The notes below the pieces were generated by a model. That model ran no database searches and was not told the origin of the DNA. It was given only the letters and a program-made list of their open reading frames with translations. The position numbers and the translations under genes are program-made. A stretch of 64,000 nucleotides of DNA, taken from the NCBI GenBank assembly GCA_039096225.1, contig JBBPEB010000030.1, forward strand, positions 1 through 64,000, written 5' to 3'. The stretch is from Blastocystis sp. Blastoise. Lineage: Eukaryota > Protista > Bigyra: Opalinata. Numbering within the stretch: the stretch's first letter is position 1; the number at the start of each line of letters is the position of its first letter. Below, piece after piece: positions 53,304-64,000 of this stretch.

Positions 53304-53362
53304 ATTTTTTGGTGATTTTCCTCTATAAAAATAATATTTGCAGTTATAAATCACCAAAAAAT
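53304..53362. promoter_or_regulatory. 15-bp perfect inverted repeat flanking a TATAAAA box upstream of the MULE ATG
   Basis: ATTTTTTGGTGATTT ... AAATCACCAAAAAAT with a 29-nt spacer. Confidence 0.45.
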
Positions 53363-53428
53363 ACATTTATTTATTTTTCACTATATCTACACGACTAAAA
53401 AGTTAATTACTACAAATTGTCGGCAACT

Positions 53429-54452
53429 ATGTCTGTATATAGACGAAAAACACATTTTCATTATTATTTTTTAATAATTAGACAATTGATTCAAGTCAGC
53501 CACAAGAAGATGTGGAAAATCGTTTTTGTATGAATAAGGTTGATTACAGTGACTTCAAAAATAGTGAAGAAATTAAGAAATTTGAAAATGAAGAAACATA
53601 TGGAGTACAAATTATGTACGAAAATAAGTCTAAACTCAAAAGTGATGTCTCAATTCAAATGCAAAAGCTAGGATATCCAATTAAGGTTCAAAAATCAGAA
53701 AAAGGAAGAATTATTTACAAATGTTGTGTTTCCGATTGCCCGTTTATGCTTCATTTCCAAGGTGACGACGTTTCTGGATGGATAATGAAAAGATACTGTC
53801 ATCATGACTCAACTGTATGTTATTTAATTAATTATTATAGTTTATACTTATTATTAATATAGAAATGCAATCGTTTTAATATGATTTACATTAAGCTTAA
53901 CAAACAAAATAAAATAGATTATCAAATTATTAAGACAAGTAACTAAATATAAATATAATATATAATGTATATAATATTCTATTATATACAGTGATAAAAA
54001 ATCGAATTAAAAATCATCAATTTAATATAAGGTATATATATATATCAATATATAAATTGTGAGAGAGAAATCTATACATTGAATAAAGAAGGAAAAAGAG
54101 GAAAATAAATATATAGAGAGAAAAAAATGAAATACAGTAGTATATGTATGTGAAAAGTGTTATATATTAATTCAATGTATGAGAGTAATAGAAGAAATAT
54201 CCACCTATATATATAGAGAAAGGAAGATTATATAATATATACAGAGAGAAAGAAAGAAAGAAAAATTCTATTATATATATAGTAAGAATGAAAGAAAGAA
54301 ACATTTATGAATATATAAAGAGAGAACGACAGATATATATATATAGAGAGAGAGAGAGAAAGCGATAGAAAAAAATATCTAATATATATATATATATTGA
54401 GAGAGTAAGAGATGGAAGAGATAGAGAGAGATGCATAGAAAGAAGCAAAGAA

Positions 54453-54513
<61 letters not shown>

Positions 54514-56785
54514 TAAGTCTTAATCCAATGATTCTATCAAAAGATGCTAGTAATAGTAATGATCAAAATCATGAAGATGAAGCTGAGATACATGAAACTA
54601 TCAATTTTACACACAATTCTCGGAGCTCAGATGCTAATTCTAATCCTACAAATACCCAAACTCTTCCTATCTTAGAAGATCCATTCATATCTAGTAAAAA
54701 TTCTGAAATGGTCATAGAAGATATAAATAAATCAAAGGATAATAATCATGAAGATGAAGAAAGTAGAACAATTGATATAGAATTGAATATTGAAGATACA
54801 TCAATAGATAATGTGTTTTCTTATGAAGAACAAAATGAAGGAATTACAGAAGATAGATTTAATAATATATTTAAAGATATTTCTGATAAATGTATATTTA
54901 TTCAATATAAGTCACATAAATACAATCAAGATATAAGCTCAAATGATGTTGTGAGTTATTTAAAGGAAAATAATCTAGCCAAGTATTTCAAATCAATATC
55001 TCAGTTAAAACAATTCCTGGAGAAGAAGAATATCAGTGTTTCATATGAAATAGCAAGAAACGCCTTAAGAGAATTAGGTATTAAGTCAACTAATGACTAT
55101 AGTAAAATACCATGTATTATAAAAAGTATAATAAGCAAAGAAAATTATGCTATATATGGTTGCCTCCCTCCAGGATATACATATAAGAATATTAATGCTT
55201 ATCCTTCTTCTTCTTATATTCAATCTAATATAGATGAGAATATAGTAGATAATCATTTAGAACAAGATGAAACTTTCAGAGTAAACTTGGAAGATAGTGT
55301 TCTGAATTATTCTGAAAATGATTCAGTTTGTAGTGGAAATAATTCCAATATGAATATACATGAAGAAATAAACATGGATAGAGAATTAAACAAAGCAGTA
55401 GGGAATAATAAAGTAATAAGTCATGAGTTTCTATATTCTTTTGTATCTATTAAATCAAATATAGCATTATATAAGAAGGGAAATAAAGCAGTAATCTTTA
55501 TGGATGGAACTCATATGTATATGAATGATCATATCATATTAACTGCTATATCCATTACTATTAATAGACAAATACTTCTTCTTGCTTATGGTATATATGC
55601 TGTAGAGTGTTTAGCTACCTGGAGTGATTTCCAAACTAATCTGAAAAAAGCACTTGAACTCATGTCATGTAAAACTACAAACATAACATTTTTCTCAGAT
55701 ATGGACAAAGGTCTCAAAGGAAGCCTAGGAGTAGTCTTTCCTGAATGCACATATATATCATGTGCATTTCATATTCTAAAGAAGATGACAAATGTGAATT
55801 CAAGAATAATAGGACTAATATCACAACTCATTCTAATTGATGATGAAGAAGAATTCTATAAGCTTATTAATGATTCTTCAATAACAGAGAACCAGAAGAA
55901 GCAAATACTCTCACAAAGGGGAAAGAATATGTATAATATAGATCTACCACCTCATGTATCCAGATATGGATACATTGCCTCAAGTTTGGCCGAGTCATTT
56001 AATAATCTTATTAGTGACATAAGAGGAATGTCTATACAGAAGGTATTGTTTGAAATCTATAATCATGCAATTAATTATCAACTGAAAATAAAAGAGGCAC
56101 CTCATATATCATTCTTTCTTCCTTACTTTCAAAAAGAGTTTGATATGGCTGATATATTTGTTTCTAATGTGATATCATATAAGAGTATAAATAAGGGTTT
56201 ATATAGACTAGTAATGGAAGAAGAAAACCGTGAATACATAATTAATTTTGAACAGAATACATGTTCTTGTTCAATTTTTCAATACCAAGGTTATCCTTGT
56301 ATACATGCTATTCTTCTATATAAAAAGTATAATAGCAGTGTTTCGTATAATCAACAAGGAATTGACGATTTCAATACTATTGCCAAATACTTCATTCCAT
56401 ATAAGAACCATATGAATACTTATTATAATTATTATGTAGATAGGTAATGATATATATAATACATATTATATAAATATTTTTTTTTGTTATATATAGAAGA
56501 ATAGATGATTCATGCTTGAAAGAAGAAAGTCACATAAATATTACAGGACCAAATAATCCAATTCGTAAATCAGGTCGACCATCTAAGTTTAACTATTCTC
56601 ATATAACATCTTATTATCTGAAAAATAAGTATTGGAAAATAAAGAACAGTATTCCAGCTTTGGAGTGTTTGAATGAGTGTGCAGTTGAAGCTGAAAAAGA
56701 GAAATATGAAGAAACTGATATTGCCTCAATTCCTACACTTGAAGATGTAGAATCATCAGAATATAGTTCGAAGAGAAGAAAGTAG
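53429..56785 (+). CDS. MULE/Mutator DDE transposase with WRKY/FAR1-like DNA-binding domain and SWIM zinc finger (6 exons)
   Basis: YKCCVSDCPF..W..YCHH; IFMDGTH (D1), FFSDMDKGL (D2), CAFH (CxxH), LAESFNN (E); SWIM CSCSIFQYQGYPCIH; KSGRP. Introns of phase 0,0,1,2,2 join ORFs 53512, 54528 and 56516. Confidence 0.9.
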
Positions 56786-57084
56786 TATTTTTTAAATGAT
56801 AAGTCTATGTATATACTTATTATAATCTATAATACATATTAATTTTTTTACATTCCTAATAATATAAAATATTTTTAATTAATCATATTTAATATAAATG
56901 TCTTCTTATTTATAAGATCATTGTTTTGTTATTGATTCAAATATAATATCATATATGTCGTTGATATTGCAGATATTCATATTAAAGAGACTAAGACTAA
57001 TAAAAAAGAATACTCATCAACGGATATAAATCCAAAATGAAACCAGCTAGAGTAATATGTATTACAAATTATTGCATATGCAAA

Positions 57085-58726
57085 TAAATGAAAGAGGACA
57101 AGAATAAGAAGGAGAAGGAGAAGGACAAGGACAAGGACAAGGAGCAGAAGAAGAAGGATAGGATAAAGATAAGAAGAAGGATAAGGATAAGGATAAGAAG
57201 AAGAAGTAGAAGGAGAAGGATAAAAAGGACAAAGATAAGGATAAGGATAGGAGAAAGAAATGACAAGAAGAACGATAAAAAAAGAGAATGGCAGAAATAA
57301 AAGAAAAAGAAGGAGAAGGAGAAGGAGAACAAGAAGGAAAATAAGAATAAACCAAGAATAAACATAATAAGGAAAACATCAATAGAAGGTAAGGATAAGT
57401 AGAATGAGAATGATTAGAAGTAGAAGCATAAGAATAATAATACGAAGAAGACGGAGAAAGAGAAGCATATGTGGGAGTAGAAGAAAAAGCATGTGAATAA
57501 AAATGGAAAAAGAAGAAACTAAAAAGAGAATAGAAGGAGAGGATCAAAATATGAATAAGAAGGAGAAGGATAAGAAGGATAAGAATGACAAAGAGAAGGA
57601 GAATAAGAAAGAAAGAACGAGAAAGAGAAGAAGGAAAAAATAAACAGAAGAAGAAAGAGAAGGAGGAGAAGAATGAGAAGAAAAAGAATAGGAAGGAGAA
57701 TGACAAAAAAAAACAAGAATGACAAGAATGGCAAAAGGAAAAAGGAGAAGAAGACAAATTATAGAAGGAGGAGAAGAAGAAAAATTATAGAAGAAGGAGA
57801 AGAAGAAAGATTAAGAAGAAGGAGAAGAAGGAAAAGGAGGAATCAAAAGAAGGAGAAGGAGGAAGGAGAAGAAGATGAAAAAATAAAATTATAAGAAGAA
57901 AAAGTAGAAGAAGAAAGAGAAAGAGAAGAACCACAAAGAAAAGGGGGAGAAGAAAGAAATTATAGAAGTAGAAGAAGGAAAAGAAAAGAGAAAAAGGAGA
58001 AAGAGAATAAGGACAAGAATAAGGTAAAAGTAAAAGTAAAAGAATCAATAGAAGAAAAAGTATGAGAAGAAGAATATTGAAAAGGAGATAGAGAAGTAGA
58101 CGAATAAGTTGAGATAAAATGAGAAAGAAGAAGAAATAAAAGTATGGTAGTAGAAACAGAAGTAGAAATAGGTAGAAATAGATGGAAAAGGAAAATGAGA
58201 ATCAGTAGAAGAAGAAGAAGAAGAAGAAGAAAATGAGAAAGAGAAGAAGAAGAATGAGAAATAGAATATAGAAATGAAATAGAAGAAACAAGAATGAAAG
58301 AAGTAGAAGAAGAAAAAATAATACTAATAATACGAATGTGAATGAGAATAAGAAGAAGAAATAGAAGAATAGCAATAATGGAATGAAAATGAAAAAAAAA
58401 AGAAGAAGAAAGAGAAATAGAAAAAGAAGAACAAGAAGTAGTTGTAATAGAAATGGATGTAGAAGCATAAAAAAGTAGTAGAAGCAAAAGTAGGAGTAAG
58501 AGTTGAAGTTGGAGTACAAGCGAAGTAGAATAGAAATATAAGTAGAAATATAAGTAGAAGAATGAGAAGTAGTATTAGTAATAGTGTAGAAGTCGAAATG
58601 GAAGAAAAAAATAACAGTAAGTAGTAGTAGTAGAAATATGAGTAGAAGAACAAGTATAAATAGAAGAATAAAGGAAAGAAGGAAAGAAGCTGAAGTAGAA
58701 GAAGTATAAGGAAAAGAAGGTAAATA

Positions 58727-58759
<33 letters not shown>

Positions 58760-61700
58760 TAAGGAAAAGAAGGTAAATATAAGAATAATAATAATAATAG
58801 TAAGGAGAAGTAGTAAAAAAGAAGAAACAGAAGAATAAGGAGGAAGAGGAAATGAGATGAATAAAGAAAAGTAAAAAGAAGTAAAATATTGAGAAATAGA
58901 ACGAGAAGTAAAAGAATAATAAAAAACAAACTTTAATAAGTATGGATAGAAGAAAAAGAAAAAGAAAAATAATGAGAAATAGAATAAAGAGATTGAAAAT
59001 GATAAGAAAAAGGAAAGCATGAAAGATAATAGGAATGAGAATAAGAAGAATAAGTAGAAGTATAAGGAGGAGTATAAAGAAAATGGAGATAAGGAGTAGA
59101 AGCAGAAGGAGAAGCTAAGGTTGAAGAAAAATAGAAAGGATGATAATAAGAAAGATAAAAGAAATAGAAGGAAAACGAGAGTGTGAAGTAAAATAAGAAT
59201 AACAAAAATAAAAAGAAGCAGAAGGAAAACAAGAAGAACTAAATGAAAATGAGGAGAGGAAGAATTTGAAAAAGAAGAAATATAATAAGAAGAATAAGAA
59301 CAAGAAGAGGAATCACAAAAATAAAAAGAAAGATACTACAAATAAAAAGAATACTGAGGAAGACAAAATATAGAGTAAAAAATGATATAGAAGAAGCAGA
59401 AGATAGTGAATAAGGAGAAGAAGAAGATAAAGTAGAAGAAGAAGTAGATCGAGAAACAGAATAAAGGGAAATGAAAAGTAGAATGAAAATAAGTAAGAAA
59501 ATAGGAATATATAAATAAGATGTAGAAGAAAAATTGAAGCAAAATGAGACGAATTTAGAATAAAACAGAATACGTTAAATTAGAAGAATATGAAGAATAA
59601 AAAATGAGAAGCATACAAGTAGAATAATGAGAAATAGACAAGCCTGTAGAAGAAAGGCAAAAAAAGAAGAATCTGGAAAAAACAAGAATAAGAATAGAAT
59701 AAGAATAAGAATAAGAATAAGAATGGAATAAAAACTGACTGAGAAAGTACTAGAAGTAGTAGAAGTAGTAGTAGTGTAAATAGACTTAGACTTAGACTTA
59801 GAAGCAGAAGGAGAAGCACAATTATGTATGTATAAATAGAAGAAACAAAGTATAAGTAAAATAGGAAAAAGAAAAGGCGAATAGATGAAGTATAATTATA
59901 AATATAAATAGAAGAATGAGAAAGAGAATATGAATAAGAATAGATGAAGTATAATTATAAGTACAAATAGAAGAAGAAATAGAAGAAATAGAAGAAAAAT
60001 ATAATAGGAATAAGGAGTAGAATTAAAAGAGTCTAATATAAATAATAATAAAAAGAAGTTATACTAGTATAAGTAGATGTAAAATGATGAATATAAGTTG
60101 ATAAACAAGAAGTACTAGAAGTAGAAGAATAAGTAGAAGTAGAAGAAATCGAATTATAATAGAACTAAAATAAAAAGTAGACGAAAAAGAGTAGAAGTTC
60201 AAATTGAAGAATAAGAATTAATAGTAGTACGAGTACATGTAAAAGGAGAAGTGAACGTAGAAGGAGAAATAGTCATAAGTAGTGGTAGTAGAAGTAAAGA
60301 ACAAGAAGAAGAAGAAGAAGGAAAACTAGAAAGTATAAGTAGAACTAGAAGTAGAAAAGAAAGTAGAAGTAGACGTGCATGTATAAATAAAAGTAAGAAT
60401 AGAAGCACGAGTACAATGATAAGTAGAATTAGAATAAGAATAAATACTAGTAGAAAGAAATAGGAATAAGAATAATAACAAGTAGTAATAGAACTAGTAG
60501 TAGTAGTAGAAATTGGAATAAGAATGAAAGTAAGTAATAATATAAGTACAAGTAAACAAAAAGTATAAGTACAAGTAGAAATAGAAGAATAAAGTAATGA
60601 ATGAAAAAAAACTGAAGAAGACGAAGTATAAGGAATAGAATAAGAACAGAATAAAAAAGGAATGAAAATAATAATAATGATGTAAAAACGTGAAAAGAAG
60701 GAGAAGAATAAAGAAAAGGAAGAGAGACTATATAATTAGAAAGAGAATGAGAAGTAAAATAAGAAGAACAAGAACTAATATAAATAGAACGATAATAAGA
60801 AATAGAAGGAGAAGGAGAATATCAAAAAGAGAGTGAGAATGAGAAGAAAAAGGAAAATATGAAAGATAATAGGAATAAGAATAAAAAGGATAAGTAGAAG
60901 TACAACGAAGAGAAAGGAAAATGAAGAGAAGAAGTAGAAGCAAAAGGAGATGATGATGTTGAAGAAAAACATGTTGGAGAATAATAATAAACCACATAAG
61001 GAGAAACAAAAGGAAAAGAAGAATTTGATGTAAAATAATAAGTATATGAAAAAAGGAGAAGCAGAAGGAAAATGAGTAGACTTAAACTGAGAATACATGA
61101 CAGAGAATTTGAAAAAGAAGAAATAGGATGAGAATAGTAGGAAAAAGAGAGGAATGAGAATAAGAAATAGAATGACGATACAAATAAGAAGAAGAAAAAG
61201 AAAATATAGAGAAAAAAGATGATATAAAAGAATGAGAAGATAGGGAATAAGAAGAAGATAAAAAGTAGAAGAAGAAGAAGAAGAAGAAGAACCAAAGCTA
61301 GAACTAGAACAAAGAGAAGGAAAAGTAGAAGTTTAAAAAAGAAAGATAATAGGAGAAAAAGTAAGAATTAGAATAAGATATAGAAGGATAGTGAGAAGAA
61401 TTTGGTGAAAATAGAATACGCAAAAGTAGAAGAATATATATAAATAAAAAGTGAGAAGTATACCAGCAGAGTAAGGAGAACTAGACAAGAAAGTAGATAC
61501 AAGTAAAAGAAGAATTTGGAGAACAATAAGAATAAGAATATGACTAAGAGAGTAGTAGTAGAACCATAAGAGAAGTATGAATAGATGTAAAAGTATAAAT
61601 GAAGTAGAAGGAGAACAATAAGTATGAGTAGAACCATATGTATAAGTATAATGAGAATAAGAATAAAATAAGAAAGATGACAATATGAAGTGTTAGTAGA

Positions 61701-63430
61701 AGGAAAATGAGATAAATAGTAGAATAAAAAGAAGAATATTAAGGAGAGAAAGTTTAGAAGTGGAAGGAGTACAATAAAAATAAGAATGAAGTGAATAAGA
61801 ATAGGAATAAGAAGAATAAAAAGGAGAAATGAAAATAGAAGGAGAAGAAAGAAGATATAAAGGAGAATAATAATAAGTAGAAGGAGAAATAAAAAATAAG
61901 TTTAATAAGAATGAAAATAAGAATAATAGAATAAATTGAAGATAGAAAAGTATAAGAAAAGAAGGAAGAAGAAGGAAAGTGATAAGATGAAGAATTAGAA
62001 TAAATAATAAGAAAATGAAGAATACGAATAAGGAGTATGATAAGCAGAAGTGAATAAAAAGAATGAGAAATGGAAGGACAATACTAATAATAATAATAAG
62101 AAAAAGAAGATACAAAAGGAGGAGGAGAAGAATGAAAAAAAGTTAAGGCTAACTAGAAGCAGAATAGTATAAAGATAATGATAATAAGATTGTAGAACAA
62201 GAAATAGAAGTAGAATAAGAAGAGAAATGATTAGGAAGTATAAGTAAAGTAAGAAGAGAAAGATATCATGAATAAGAAGAGAAAGATATCATGAATAAGA
62301 AGAGAAAGATATCATGAATAAGAATAAGAATAAAAAATGAAGTAGAAATACAAGCAGAAATAGAAGTAGAATAAGAGTGTAAAAATAAGGTGAATAAGAA
62401 TAAAATGTGGAAGATGAAGAAGTAGTAAAAGTTGAGTGAATAGTAAAGAGAAATGGAAAGTAGACACTAAGGCTTATGAAATGAAAACAAAGGAATAACA
62501 CCAGAAATAAGAAGTAGAATTAGAATAAGAAGGAAATTAAGAATGAAATGCTGAAGTAGAAGAAGAATTAACAGGAGACAAGAATAAGTAGAAGGCGAAG
62601 CAGAACGAGAATAAGCGTAAAAATAATAATAATTAAAGAATAATATCAATTAAAAGAAGGAAAATAGGAATGAGAAGTAAAATAGAAATTACAATAAAAA
62701 AAATAAGTAAAAGTAACTAGATAAGCAGAATGAAAATATGAATAGTATGATGAAGGGAAAGGAGAATGAGAAAGTCGCATATGAAGGAAAGCGAGAAGTA
62801 GCACGAGGATAGTAATAAAAATAAGAAAGAGAAATTAAAAAATAAGGAGACGTGGAATAAGAAGGAGAAAGTGAGATATATGGAAAAACTAAATAAGAAA
62901 CAAAATATTAAGTAAAATAAGAAGTAAAAAAAGAAGTAAAAAAAGAAGTAACAACAATATATGAAAAAGAAGAAGTTGAAGAAGTTGAAGAAGGAGAAGA
63001 AAAATAAGAATAAGAGAAATATATCTAAGAATAATAAAAAGAAGATGACAATAACAAGGAGAAGTAAATTTACAAGGAGAAAAAAAAGAAAGGAAACATA
63101 AGTGAAGAAGGAGAATAAGGAGAAGTAGAATAAGATGTACAGGTGAAGAAGAATAAGTAGTAGACGTAAAGTAAGAAGAATAAGAATAAGAATGAAAGGA
63201 TAAGAAGAAGGATAAGAAGAAGAAGAAGAAGAATGAAAAGGAAAGGATAATTAGAAGTATAATAATAAAATATAATAGTAGAATTCGTGAAGAGGTAATA
63301 GTTATGAAAACAAATAAAGAAAAATTAATATCTATACAAAAAAGAAGAAAAAGATGTAGTAAGAAGTGTATTAGAATGAAGAATGAAGAATGAAGAATGA
63401 AGAATGAAGAATGAAGAATGAAGAATGAAA
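57085..63430 (+). repeat. ~6.3-kb polypurine low-complexity tract
   Basis: AGAAG/AGAATA/AGTAG-rich and C-poor. (GAATGAA)n at ~63374-63428, 23-bp x3 at ~62250-62320. Confidence 0.9.
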
Positions 63431-63674
63431 TTTTGTAAACCAAAAAATTTAATAAATAAAAGAATAATAAATTGCAACTTTCCTAATAGACTAATAATAT
63501 TTGTAATCAATTTTTTGTTTTATAGAAGAAACAATAAAAATACCACTAGGTCTAAAGAATATATAATATTATAAAAATAGAATATTAATAATTATAATAT
63601 AAAGAAAAAAATAACATATATATTATTAATAGTCAGTTAAAACAAACTAACTATATTATTAAATACATATATAC

Positions 63675-64000
63675 CTTAATAAAGACTTGAATCATCGCAA
63701 TCTGATTCCCAAGTTGTGCTTAAATACGCTAAGATTCTATAAATAAATACGTAGAATAAATTAATAAAATTAATTAAAGTATAAACATATTAGAAAAACA
63801 ACAAGATAGAAAAATAGGAGCTAATTCAATTATAAAAAGTATAATATAAAATTAAAAAAAGATAGGGATGCTATTAGAATGATAGTGATGTATTAATAGC
63901 ATAGACAAGAAATAGATATAGCAAAAAATAAACAAAATGAGAAAAATGAAAAATATCTATATACCTTAGATTCATCAGTATTGTTTACCAAGACCTTTTG
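63675..64000 (-). CDS. Possible 3' exons of a minus-strand spliced gene
   Basis: GC-richer blocks bounded by ag/gt on - (63965-64000 QKVLVNNTDESK; ~63675-63737). Frame not resolved. Confidence 0.25.

Larger units (their letters stand above)
52770..56785 (+). mobile_element. Mutator-like element (MULE): left TIR plus transposase; right end not found in the window
   Basis: Abrupt start GAGGCATTG at 52770 truncates the Helitron leader homology. Subterminal repeats and a MULE transposase follow. Confidence 0.82.

Noticed and set aside
57062-63510. Many overlapping low-complexity ORFs
   Set aside because: Same compositional artefact as in the first polypurine tract.

Overview
Very AT-rich (~20% GC by eye), intron-rich eukaryotic DNA that is almost entirely a stack of nested transposons. 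(1) Two family-A Helitrons on + (<1-9434 and 9435-18961), each with an intact RepHel gene and a long GC hairpin plus CTAG 3' end. (2) A family-B Helitron on - (B1, 3' end 23913) that has been hit by a 3.0-kb non-autonomous relative (31420-34434, +), a full-length autonomous relative (B2, 36687-50788, -) and a Mutator/MULE element (from 52770; intact spliced transposase 53429-56785). Family B has TC 5' and CTTG 3' ends with a covarying compound hairpin. (3) Two multi-kb strand-asymmetric polypurine tracts. Main observations: every RepHel has a long N-terminal extension built from 14-28 mostly small exons, and every intron I traced is phase 1. This extension is hypervariable between copies whose catalytic exon is ~99% identical, yet it keeps one small conserved domain that I do not recognise. 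B2 carries a tRNA-like four-way-junction cloverleaf, and the B-family 5' leader is packed with TTGAC motifs. All gene models were traced by eye from GT-AG sites and reading-frame continuity; no database searches were possible.
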